This document shows positions 17,849 through 27,174 of a stretch of DNA of 64,000 nt, piece after piece (position 1 is the first letter of the stretch; every line of letters begins with the position of its first letter). The notes beneath the pieces are model-generated. The model did no database searches. It saw nothing but the letters and a program-made list of their open reading frames with translations, and was not told where the DNA came from. The position numbers and the translations under genes were made by a program. Source of the stretch: an uncultured archaeon (GTDB lineage Archaea > Asgardarchaeota > Thorarchaeia > Thorarchaeales > Thorarchaeaceae); NCBI GenBank assembly GCA_964558645.1, contig CAZLEV010000001.1:189568-253567 (forward strand), given 5' to 3'.

Positions 17849-18346
17849 TCAGAAGCTGATGTGCTGATGGTCCATGGCAGTTGCCTCGATGAGAGAAACA
17901 ATCCTCTCCGTTTCATCCGATTGTAGTACGGGGAGATTGATCCGTTCCTCCAAGTCAGTCTTTTTCCATATGATGATGGCATATGTTCCCTCAGGGATTC
18001 TGCTCTTGTTCAGTTCTTTGTCACCAATGCAAAGTACTCGCGGGAGTGCAACTGACTTGAATCCCTCCAATAGAATGAAGTCCACTTCAATTCCATTGAA
18101 CAGCTCAGTAGAATCAAGCCTTCTATGATATCTAACAGTTGTAGTGGTAGGCCCCAGAAGCACAACTGGGCTTGCAGACGCTCTGAGGTGCCTAAAGGTA
18201 TCGGTGCCCTTGGGAGGTCTGACATCCTCCTTCGAGCTCTTGACCACTGCCACAGAGTATCCTCTCTGTTTCAAGGCAGGCACAAGTTGTTCGATGAGCT
18301 CTGTCTTTCCCGTACCCGAGTAACCTGTCACTGCAAACACACGCAA
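17849..18346 (-). CDS. mobB: Molybdopterin-guanine dinucleotide biosynthesis protein B
   Basis: GYSGTGKT P-loop, G.DT.R, D..LLEGFK. Confidence 0.85.
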   Translation of the reverse strand: MRVFAVTGYSGTGKTELIEQLVPALKQRGYSVAVVKSSKEDVRPPKGTDTFRHLRASASPVVLLGPTTTTVRYHRRLDSTELFNGIEVDFILLEGFKSVALPRVLCIGDKELNKSRIPEGTYAIIIWKKTDLEERINLPVLQSDETERIVSLIEATAMDHQHISF

Positions 18347-18804
18347 GAAGATACCGTCCTTATCTAAGAAACTTCAGGGGATTCGATGAACTTGTGATGG
18401 TTCTGCCTTTTGACTTCTTCTGAGGTGTGATTCCGAAAGGTTCCAAAAGGTTCTCTCCAAACTAGTATCTCATGAAATCTAGTGTTGAGCGAATGTTGTT
18501 GTCAATCGAAGGTCTCTCCGTGGGTGACGCTTTCGGGGAGCAGTTCTTCTATCATCGTGGGTTGGCAGACGCAAAGTCCCTCCCTCCAGGTCCTTGGCCC
18601 TACACTGACGATACAACAATGGCACTGTCCATAGTGTCTGTCCTGATGAAAGAGGAGCAGATCGATCAAGACTCTCTTGCAGCGAGCTTTGCGAATCATT
18701 ACAATCCCGTACGGGGATATGGTCTCGGGATGCGTAAATGTATTCCCCGAGTCAGAAATGGCGCGCCTTGGAGACCCATCTTCGCCTCACTCTTCGATAA
18801 CGAG

Positions 18805-19013
18805 GGTTGCTAACAGTTGCATAGAAGTGGGACAAAGTGGGACACTTCATAGATGAGCGTCTGAATAAATATGTAGGTCTTTATATACTCCCGGAGTGAG
18901 ATGAGAGTATGAGGTTGACTGACACGCCCTATGGCCTCACAGAGTCTCCCCAGTGCCGTTCTTGCGAGCACATGACTCTGGTGTCTAAGATTGTACAATT
19001 TACTATGAACGGT
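18805..19013 (+). mobile_element. Non-autonomous mini-element copy 1 (206 bp plus duplicated GGT/GGTT core)
   Basis: Precise gene interruption; GGTT at 18805 and 19011; AAGTGGGACA x2 at 18825-18844; inverted partner pair at 18982-19001; homologous to 62990-63177. Confidence 0.88.
18880..18887 (+). promoter_or_regulatory. Candidate archaeal TATA box inside the inserted element
   Basis: TTTATATA begins 29 nt before ATG 18909, a spacing similar to other starts in the window. Confidence 0.4.
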
Positions 19014-19596
19014 TCTTTCGGGAATGGGGCCTCAATGAGAGTTGCTCCCTTGGGCGCGTTTTTTGCTGACATGCCAGATGATCTGGTCGAGAACGCAGCT
19101 CTCTCAGCTCAGGTCACCCACCATCATCCTGAAGCAACGGCAGGTGCAATTGCCGTAGCTATGGGGACAGCGCTGGCGAGCGAGTATTCCTCCTCGCAGG
19201 CACATGATTTCCACAGTTTCATCGAAAACATACTCGAATATGTGCCAGATAGCATGACTAAGGAGGGAATAACCATTGCCTTTGCCTTGGGCCCAGATGT
19301 GCCAGTAGAAGAAGCAGCGCGGAAACTCGGGTCCGGTTACGAAGTCACCACGCAGGATACTGTTCCTTTTGTGATCTGGTGTGCTTCGGCCTTCATGGGC
19401 GATTATGAAGAGGCTCTGTGGCACACCGTTCGAGGGGGCGGCGACATGGATACAACCTGCGCAATGGTGGGTGGAATCGTGGTGATGTCAACAGGCATAG
19501 GTGGGATTCCTGAGGAATGGCACAGGAGAAGAGAGCCACTACCTGATCTTCCATTCGAGGAGTGACTCTTCCAGTTGCGTGTCTATTCGTCAGTCC

Positions 19597-21144
19597 TCAA
19601 GTCTTGCGGTACCTGAAAACCACAGCTATGACCACTACAACACCTGCTAGTCCAACAATACCCGCAATCAGGAGTGGATCTATTAGAGGTGCAGTCGTTG
19701 TGGTCGTGGTCGAGGGCCGTGGCCACAGGGTTGCAATGAATGTATATTGCTCATGGCTCCAAAGGCCGTTCTTGCCAACTGCGTACACATCAAGCGTATG
19801 CTCTCCCGCGACTGACGGAACTCCTGTGAGCGTACTTGAGTTAGTTCCACCATCCCATGAGTAGTAGACCTGCTCTGGTACTTCGCTGAAGAGGATGAGT
19901 GGGACTGTTCCGTTTCTCTCATAGCCCCCATCGGGAGTTTCTCTGAGGAAAATCTCGATTGGGCCATCATAGGGATAGACGTAGTTCTCCACCAACTCGC
20001 CGTCAAGGCCTATGCTCGAAATATTGAGATGATGATGGGTCACATCTACCATTGCATAGTGGTTATACGCTCCACCCCATTGTGTGGAGTATAGTGGAGC
20101 GCCCGCACCTCCAGAAATAACATGGATGAGGTTATTGACGGTCATTCTGTTGTAGAGATGGTCGTGTCCGCAAGCATAGAAGGTGACATTATGTGTTTCG
20201 AACAACTGCTGAAGCTCGTCACGATGAGTCTTGTTGATATCCAACGAGTTACCTACATGATTCAATGGATAAAGGGGCCGGTGGCCAAAGACAAACTTCA
20301 TGGGTTGTTTGGTGTTTGAAAGGTCATTGACCAGCCACTCATATTGGTCTCCCAAGATCCTACCTTCTTCGCCTTCCATCTCTGTGTCGATCATGGTGAA
20401 ATGGACCCCAGCGTAATCAAATGAGAAGTATGTTGAGCCATTGTCATATTGCTCGAAGGCTCTGAGGAAGTACCAGTCGCGCATCCACCCCTTGCCTGTG
20501 TCGTGATTACCTATGGTTGCATAGACAGGAGCATAATGACCAATCGTATCTGTCACCTGACTGAATCTCTGCCAGACATTCAGATTTGTTTCATGGGTCT
20601 CATATACATGATACACGAAGTCGCCAGTCATGATGACAATGTGCGGCTCCTCTTCCACTAAGAGCTCTAGAATCTGCTTGTAGTTCTCTGGCTGCTCTGG
20701 GGCGGTTTCTTGACTTGGTCGATTGTCACCAAGCACGATCATCTTGAAGTAGGCACCGGCAGACGGTTCAGTCCGGAAGTGATATACTTCGCTCTCAGTA
20801 TTGTTTATCACGACCTGATAGTAATATTTCGAATCGATATCAAGTCCTGTCAACTCTATTCTGTGGACAGTATCAAGCGTAGTGTTATGAATTTCACTCG
20901 AAACGCCTGAGTCAAGACCATATCTCACCGTGACGTTAGTGGGTCCGTCAGTCCTGCAGAATATCATCGCTGAGTGGTTAGTCACCATATTCACAGTTGG
21001 CCCACGTATGAACTCTGCGTCTTCTGCTATGACATACTCCATTGATCCGTCCACACCATAAGCCGGTACAGAAGCAAGCATAAACGAGAAGAACGGAGAA
21101 CATAGCAGCAGAAGCATAGCAAATTGACCGAATCGTCGACGCAC
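19597..21144 (-). CDS. Surface-anchored purple acid phosphatase-like metallophosphoesterase
   Basis: Signal peptide, FN3-like domain, GD/GD.V/GNHD/H/GHDH motifs, Thr-rich linker, C-terminal TM and basic tail. Confidence 0.88.
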   Translation of the reverse strand: MRRRFGQFAMLLLLCSPFFSFMLASVPAYGVDGSMEYVIAEDAEFIRGPTVNMVTNHSAMIFCRTDGPTNVTVRYGLDSGVSSEIHNTTLDTVHRIELTGLDIDSKYYYQVVINNTESEVYHFRTEPSAGAYFKMIVLGDNRPSQETAPEQPENYKQILELLVEEEPHIVIMTGDFVYHVYETHETNLNVWQRFSQVTDTIGHYAPVYATIGNHDTGKGWMRDWYFLRAFEQYDNGSTYFSFDYAGVHFTMIDTEMEGEEGRILGDQYEWLVNDLSNTKQPMKFVFGHRPLYPLNHVGNSLDINKTHRDELQQLFETHNVTFYACGHDHLYNRMTVNNLIHVISGGAGAPLYSTQWGGAYNHYAMVDVTHHHLNISSIGLDGELVENYVYPYDGPIEIFLRETPDGGYERNGTVPLILFSEVPEQVYYSWDGGTNSSTLTGVPSVAGEHTLDVYAVGKNGLWSHEQYTFIATLWPRPSTTTTTTAPLIDPLLIAGIVGLAGVVVVIAVVFRYRKT

Positions 21145-21462
21145 CTTGCTTCACCACCACATATTGTGTAACTGGATTACTTAAGATATACTATACTTCG
21201 TTTTTTACCAAGTGCATCGAGTGCTTGCGCGTTCCTAAGCTGTTGGGCATTAGAGGTTTCATGAATTCATGTTGTGGTGATGTTCCGCCATGCTCACTCG
21301 TTAGGACAGACCGACGAAATGGAATTTTGCGCCAGTGAGGGCGGAAACGAAGTGGATGCAGGTGACAGCCTTGGGACCGACTGCTCTTCGTTTGCTAGAC
21401 TCTAAGTGGTTATAAGCAATCTTGACTTTGCCACTTTGAGAAATCTCGTGAGTGTGTGACAA

Positions 21463-22542
21463 ATGAGAAATAGTCCATGGGAACGTCTTGCTGCTGTTCT
21501 TGACAGGATTCCCAACTCGTTTTCAAGTGTAGACGACGGGAGCCATCTGGATGTCCTAAAGTGGATATTTTCTGAAGAGGAGGCGGATTTGGCTAGTAGA
21601 ATGAAGCTCATGGGAGAAACCGTCAGCGAGATGGCTGACCGGCTTAAAGAGGACCCCTCGCGCCTGGTGGAGCTACTCGAAAATATGGGCCAGAAGGGAC
21701 AGATTAGGGTCTGGAACTCAAGCACTGGTCGTCGCTATGCTCTAATGCCTTTTGCAGTGGGCATCTATGAAGAGCAGTTGGAACGAATGGACGAACGATT
21801 TGCAGAGCTCGCTGAAGACTATTTTGTGAAGGGCCGGGGAATGGGACTATTCGATACAGAGCCTGCCATCTTCAGGGTCGTTCCGGTAAACCAAGCGATT
21901 CGGAGTGAGCTTGAGATTAAGCCATATCAGGTGGCAGAGAACCTGATCCAAACAGCGGAATCTTGGGGGATACGAGAGTGCATATGCAAGAAACAACAGG
22001 AGCTACTTGGTAACAAATGCAGTTATCCCACTTCGGTCTGTATCATATTCGCTAAGACGAAGCATGCTTTTGAGGATTCGGGCCTGACGAGACCAATAAC
22101 GAAGCAAGCAGCTCTCGAGAAGTTGAGAGAGGCTGAAGAGGCCGGACTTGTCCATTGCACCATGAACATCCGTGAAGGCCAGAACTACATCTGTAATTGC
22201 TGTACGTGCTGCTGCAATGTGCTAAGAGGTGTATCAGTTTCCGGTCAACCTCATGCATTTGTCAACTCTAACTACATCATTTCAGTCGACTCTGACTCAT
22301 GTATCGGATGTGCGACCTGTGTTGGTCGCTGCCAGTTTCACGCACTCTCAGTGCCTGATGATACCGTTCTGTTGCAGCCAGACTTATGCGTTGGTTGTGG
22401 AGTATGTGCGATTACATGCCCTGAACAGGCTCTCGCACTTGTGGACAGAGAAGGGCACGTAGTGGAACCTCCAAGGGATCTTATCGAATGGATGACTGAA
22501 AAGGCCCTCTCCCGCGGCGTTGATCCTTCAGACCTTCTCTAG
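21463..22542 (+). CDS. Iron-sulfur protein (CNCCxCCC motif plus 2x[4Fe-4S] ferredoxin domain)
   Basis: CICK..C..C, ICNCCTCCC, CIGCATCVGRC, CVGCGVCAITCP. Confidence 0.85.
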   Translation: MRNSPWERLAAVLDRIPNSFSSVDDGSHLDVLKWIFSEEEADLASRMKLMGETVSEMADRLKEDPSRLVELLENMGQKGQIRVWNSSTGRRYALMPFAVGIYEEQLERMDERFAELAEDYFVKGRGMGLFDTEPAIFRVVPVNQAIRSELEIKPYQVAENLIQTAESWGIRECICKKQQELLGNKCSYPTSVCIIFAKTKHAFEDSGLTRPITKQAALEKLREAEEAGLVHCTMNIREGQNYICNCCTCCCNVLRGVSVSGQPHAFVNSNYIISVDSDSCIGCATCVGRCQFHALSVPDDTVLLQPDLCVGCGVCAITCPEQALALVDREGHVVEPPRDLIEWMTEKALSRGVDPSDLL

Positions 22543-22942
22543 CGTTACCACAGCTCTGCTAACTCCTCGGGTTCTGGGCACAGTCAGCTATTCATTGCAC
22601 ATCGTACTAACCCCGACTCTGATTCCACAGCCGCCACACGTGAGTCAAGGGATCAGCAAAGCAGATCTCAGAACGAAACATGAACAGTGATCCCATTTCT
22701 CCTCATTTAGGCAGAGCATTGATTCGCCGAGCACATTCCACTTGTCAACTACTTGACGGCGCTATCCTTGCGGTAGCGCACTGGGTCGATGTGTTTCCAG
22801 GCCCGCTGAGAGCAATAGACCGACTAACTGTGGGCCAACTTGGGCATGATAGAACTGAGTATCCGATGAAAAAGTCAGGAATTTCCAAGGTGCGATGTGT
22901 GCGAAACCACGCTTCCAGCATAGGACTCACTGTTGGATGAAA

Positions 22943-23818
22943 TTACCATGCGCCTTCAGTCGTGTCAAAAGCCCTGAGCAACAGATAGAGCACCACACCA
23001 ACAACGACAATGACCAATACAAACCCCATCATGAATGTCGGTGCCGAAAGGTAGTTCCAGTAGAATAGATCCCCATACATCTCTGTCCAAGCCGCTGCTC
23101 CGGTAAACTCTGCAATGCACGTCAAGACGAATGGGAAACTGACGAACAGGCCGATTGCAATCAGTATATACGCAATGCGTCTTGTCAAGGATCTAGAGGA
23201 TTTCGGTTCTTCATGGCTCTTCAAGGGCTTCAAATCCTTTGCAGCAGTGTCTTCTAATCCCAATGTGAGTATCTTATCGTGGAATCTGTCATATTTCGCT
23301 CTGAAGTACCTCTTGAACCCTTTGATTGATACATCGTTGTCCCTGCTCATTAGACCACTAATCACGACATAGGATAGAGCACCTCCTATGGCTGCGAAGA
23401 ATGGGGCCTCGTAGACCCAGTAGAATACAAAGACATTGTATATGGCGATGCCAATCCTCATACAGAGCAATAGTGAAAGGTACGGCGTCTTATTCCCTGA
23501 GATGTTTCCCCGTGTATACAGATAATAAGATCCAATGAGCATCGTGAACAGGGCAAATGATACAATGTTAACAATACCCCAGACGATGCCCAAATTGTGT
23601 ATGAATGCCAAACGCACAAATGGATTATACTCATATTCTGGTCCGTATGTGGCCAAGAGGAGATGGGTGTAGTAAGCATCGATGACTCCGATGGGTAGCA
23701 ATAATAGGACTAGATAACGTACCCATGGTACATCCCACCACAGGCCAAACATGTCCTGTATGTTCATGGATGTCATTTGAGGCCTGTTTCTGCCATGCAT
23801 CAGAAGACTACCGAGCAA
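22943..23818 (-). CDS. Integral membrane protein, N-terminal DUF5658-like motif
   Basis: 6-7 TM; IDAYYT...EYNPF motif; start uncertain. Confidence 0.6.
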   Translation of the reverse strand: MLGSLLMHGRNRPQMTSMNIQDMFGLWWDVPWVRYLVLLLLPIGVIDAYYTHLLLATYGPEYEYNPFVRLAFIHNLGIVWGIVNIVSFALFTMLIGSYYLYTRGNISGNKTPYLSLLLCMRIGIAIYNVFVFYWVYEAPFFAAIGGALSYVVISGLMSRDNDVSIKGFKRYFRAKYDRFHDKILTLGLEDTAAKDLKPLKSHEEPKSSRSLTRRIAYILIAIGLFVSFPFVLTCIAEFTGAAAWTEMYGDLFYWNYLSAPTFMMGFVLVIVVVGVVLYLLLRAFDTTEGAW

Positions 23819-23911
23819 TTCATTGTGGTATTCTGGTATTAAACCATGTTACCTGCGCAAGGCAGCACCTTGGTATACGTCGCGCGATGCAAGGCTGTGC
23901 CAGAAGAATCG

Positions 23912-23948
23912 AAAAAAATAGAACAGGGCAGAGGGTCGCGCCCTCTGC
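23912..23948 (-). terminator. Hairpin plus U-tract downstream of the solute-binding protein gene
   Basis: GCAGAGGG-N5-CCCTCTGC perfect 8-bp stem; T7 tract 9 nt later on the minus strand. Confidence 0.55.
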
Positions 23949-23977
23949 AGTATTGAACTAATCTACATCACGAATGA

Positions 23978-25843
23978 CTACGCCGACTTCCAGTAATGAT
24001 AGAAGTAGACGTCATGCATCGGATTGAACTGGTAGCCGTTCATCTCGACCCGTTCGACATGGAACACCGTTGGCTGATAGACCCAGATATACGCTGCGTG
24101 TTCAATGATATCCGCCTGGATTTCCTCATAGAGAGTTATCCGTTCAGACTCATCTGTGGACCTCGCCGCGTCCTTGATCTTCAGATCCATTGCTGCTGCA
24201 TCCCAGCCCGGTGACTCCGAGATGTGCTGGAACCCTGCAAAGGTGCCAGTACTGTGGACATAGGGTGAGATGAAGTTCGATGGATCTGCATAGTCCGGAG
24301 CCCAGCCGATCATGAATGACTGCATGTTGCCAGCAACCAGACGGCCGATGTAGCTTGACCACTCCACTCCCTGAGCATTGATTGTCAGGGGTTCAGTAGG
24401 CTGTGTGGCCTCTGTTGAGTTGAGAATGGCGTGTATGCCATCCTTCAGGAGCAGCATGCCCTTGCGTCGCACCTCGTTTCCTTCGTTGAAGAAGAGATCG
24501 ATGGTGTATGAGCAATTCTCCAAGATATCATCCAGACCCGCAGTCATGGCGTCGTTCCACTTCTCTACGGCTGTGTCGATGTCGTAGGGATATTGGAACG
24601 CGTCATCATCATGGCCGAACATGCCGATTGGAATGGGTCCTTGACCCTTCACTCCGTGTCCGTTCACGACATTATCGATGAAGGTATCATAATCAAAGGC
24701 ATAGCTTGCTGCCTGCCTCAGATCCTTCAGATAGAACGGATTCTTCAAGACATTGCCTCCCACCTCATAGGTTTCGGACAGGAGGAAGTGAATCGAAGCT
24801 AGAGTGTATGTCGGGTATTTGGCCCAGACCTTCAGGATGTTAGGCTTGAGACTCTGGACGGTACCATCGTTGTTCTCGAATGCAGGTGTTGTTGATGTGT
24901 TGTCGTAGACTTGGTCTGCGTGGCTCGTAGGCCAGTAACAACCATCAGAAACTCCTGTCTCGATGTTCAGGATTCTGCTGGTGACGTCGTCAACTGTGTT
25001 GATGATTATCGTCTCAGCTGCCCCTGCAAAGGGGAACTGTGCTCTTGCGTCAGCTTCTCTCCAGTAGTTGTCGTACAGCTCAAGAGTGATGTGATCATCG
25101 ATCTCCCACTCAGTGACCATGTACGGCCCTGTGCCGCAGGTCTCCTCGTCAAGAACCTCGTTGTGAGATCCAATCTCGACCCCGCCATTCTCCTCGATGA
25201 AAGTCGGGCTTATGATGGCACCGACTGCATAGGTGAGGATTGGCAAGAATGGAGCGTATGGATACTCGAGTACGATTTCTATTGTGTAGTCATCAACAAC
25301 ATTGATGGCACCTGTACCTGCATCGTTAGCATCTTTCCATGCTGTGTAGTTACCCACATGCTGGGCACTGCCAGCTCCGTAACCATACACTGCATCTTCG
25401 ATGGCTGAACCACCCTTGATGGGTCCAGATATCATGTATGCAGGACCACCAGGGTCAAAGACGGCTAGCACTCTTTCGAAGTTGTACTTCACACACGAGG
25501 CATTGAATGGGGTGCCATCGTGAAAAGTCACACCTTCTCTGAGTTCGAACGTGTAGGTCTTACCATCTCCTGAAATCGTCAGGTCTGTAGCCAGCAACGG
25601 TTGAGTAGGTTCCGTTGCCATGCTATCCCATTCGTATGTATACAGCGTTTCGTAGACGTTGTAGTGGATCCACGAACCGAAAGACTCGTAGTTAACGTGC
25701 GGGTCCATATAATTGGGGTTACCAATCGTTTCCCACACTATAGTCTGTTCGGTCGGGGGAGTAGGCTGCAACAAGATATATGCACCTGCTGCGCCAACGA
25801 TAACCACAACGACGACAATCGCCAGTAGTTGGTTTCTCTCCAT
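23978..25843 (-). CDS. Peptide/nickel ABC transporter solute-binding protein (family 5)
   Basis: N-terminal TM anchor; YTFELREGVTFHDGTPFNA, GTGPY, GWAPDYADP; SD AAGGAGGT before ATG 25843. Confidence 0.93.
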   Translation of the reverse strand: MERNQLLAIVVVVVIVGAAGAYILLQPTPPTEQTIVWETIGNPNYMDPHVNYESFGSWIHYNVYETLYTYEWDSMATEPTQPLLATDLTISGDGKTYTFELREGVTFHDGTPFNASCVKYNFERVLAVFDPGGPAYMISGPIKGGSAIEDAVYGYGAGSAQHVGNYTAWKDANDAGTGAINVVDDYTIEIVLEYPYAPFLPILTYAVGAIISPTFIEENGGVEIGSHNEVLDEETCGTGPYMVTEWEIDDHITLELYDNYWREADARAQFPFAGAAETIIINTVDDVTSRILNIETGVSDGCYWPTSHADQVYDNTSTTPAFENNDGTVQSLKPNILKVWAKYPTYTLASIHFLLSETYEVGGNVLKNPFYLKDLRQAASYAFDYDTFIDNVVNGHGVKGQGPIPIGMFGHDDDAFQYPYDIDTAVEKWNDAMTAGLDDILENCSYTIDLFFNEGNEVRRKGMLLLKDGIHAILNSTEATQPTEPLTINAQGVEWSSYIGRLVAGNMQSFMIGWAPDYADPSNFISPYVHSTGTFAGFQHISESPGWDAAAMDLKIKDAARSTDESERITLYEEIQADIIEHAAYIWVYQPTVFHVERVEMNGYQFNPMHDVYFYHYWKSA

Positions 25844-26129
25844 TGTTGACCTCCTTCTTTCGCGTCTTGGATACGCCTCGGAGAGAGGCCTAACCAATTG
25901 AAGCCGCGATACAATGATAGAATTGATTGGTTCTTTTATAGCTTGTGCATTCCATGCATTTGAGGCCCTTAGGTCACGTTTGCAGATTGCTCTTGTAGAT
26001 AGAACACACCTATTCGCCAGCTCTGAACCAAATGTTTAAGTAGAGTTTGAAGTCGCCTACCATTTACCGGTACTTTACGAATCTGCTCTAGCGAGATGTA
26101 CTACCCCATCTGCTTGGAGAGGCTAAGCA

Positions 26130-27164
26130 ATGAAATTAAGAGATTTCATTATCAGAAGGTTGATTCTTGCTGTCCCAGTTATCTTTGGCGTGATTACCAT
26201 TGTATGGTTTCTTTCATATGTGATAGGTAATCCGGTGGCGATGTATATCAACGAGAACACGCCAAAAGACGCATATGATTCGATTATAGCAACACACGGG
26301 TTCGATCAACCTTTATACGTCCAGTATTTTCTTTATATGTCCGCGCTCTTTCGTGGTGACTGGGGTATCAGTACTTCTGCGAGCTTCAGGCCTGTGCTTG
26401 AAGTGATTTCCAAGAAGTTCCCTGCTACAATAGAGCTCGCAATATACGCAATGGTCATAGCTATTATTCTAGGCATACCCTTGGGAATCATCTCTGCGAC
26501 GCGGAAGGATGAAGCGGTTGATCATGCCACAAGAGTCTTTTCCTTGACGGGTGTGTCAATGCCCATCTTCTGGTTCGCTCTGATGCTCAAGTACGTACTT
26601 TTCTATCAGTTGGCAATGAATGGCCTTCCACACCTTCCCGGGGACAAGAGATACGACAATGTTACCTTTAGGAATTTCAACTATGTCACAGGCTTCTTGC
26701 TCTTGGACGCCCTAATCTTCCATGGAGATTTCAGATTGTTCATCAATGGTTTGCTTCACTTGGTTATGCCTGCCTTCTGTCTTGCTTATCTCACCTTGGC
26801 GATCATAACGCGAATGATGCGGTCGAGTATGCTGGAGATAATGAGGGAGGATTATATCACCCTGGCTAAATCCAAGGGTCTGTCAGAAAGAGTTGTGATA
26901 TACAAGCATGCCCTCAGGAATGCACTGATACCAACAGTCACTGTGATTGGTCTTGCCTTCGGAAGCCTGATTTCAGGTGCGGTGTTGACAGAAACCATAT
27001 TCAGCTGGCCGGGTCTTGGGAAATGGGCTGTTGGGGCAATTCTCACTTCTGATATGGCTGCTATTACAGGCTTCACACTGCTGGTTGCTCTCATCTTTGT
27101 TTCGGCTAATCTCCTTGTTGACCTTGTCTATGGTGCTCTGGATCCACGTATTAGATATGGATAG
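26130..27164 (+). CDS. dppB: Peptide ABC permease (DppB-like)
   Basis: FIIRRL, PATIELA, RSSMLE...DYI.LAKSKGL, HALRNA, ETIFSWPGLG, LDPRIR. Confidence 0.92.
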   Translation: MKLRDFIIRRLILAVPVIFGVITIVWFLSYVIGNPVAMYINENTPKDAYDSIIATHGFDQPLYVQYFLYMSALFRGDWGISTSASFRPVLEVISKKFPATIELAIYAMVIAIILGIPLGIISATRKDEAVDHATRVFSLTGVSMPIFWFALMLKYVLFYQLAMNGLPHLPGDKRYDNVTFRNFNYVTGFLLLDALIFHGDFRLFINGLLHLVMPAFCLAYLTLAIITRMMRSSMLEIMREDYITLAKSKGLSERVVIYKHALRNALIPTVTVIGLAFGSLISGAVLTETIFSWPGLGKWAVGAILTSDMAAITGFTLLVALIFVSANLLVDLVYGALDPRIRYG

Positions 27165-27174
27165 GCGATCAGAA

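Larger units (their letters stand above)
18472..19565 (+). pseudogene. ADP-ribosylglycohydrolase (DraG/ARH family) split by a 206-bp insertion into ORFs 18472-18813 and 18909-19565
   Basis: N-half GDAFG, YTDDT; C-half SFGNGASMRVAP, THHHPEA, GGDMDT. Deleting 18805-19010 restores LFDNEG-SFGNGASMR in frame (295 aa). Confidence 0.9.

Noticed and set aside
18958-18966. GTTCTTGCG in the hairpin loop resembles the target flank GTTCTTTCG (guide-like)
   Set aside because: An 8/9 match is plausible by chance, and the equivalent loop in copy 2 does not match its own flank.
18805-19013. Insert as an intron (BHB, group I/II or spliceosomal-like; contains CTAAC)
   Set aside because: The best bulge-helix-bulge fit has a G-G mismatch and no inner helix; the ends fit neither U..G, GUGYG..AY nor GT..AG; and a homolog sits in non-coding DNA. 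RT-PCR would settle it.
18806-19014. Integron attC site or cassette (TAAC...GTT)
   Set aside because: Box spacing is non-canonical, copy 2 lacks both the TAAC and the terminal GTT, and there is no intI or cassette array.
22790-22820. CCAGGCCCGCTGAGAGCAA resembling SRP RNA helix 8
   Set aside because: No GNRA loop or pairing stem, and no surrounding SRP architecture.
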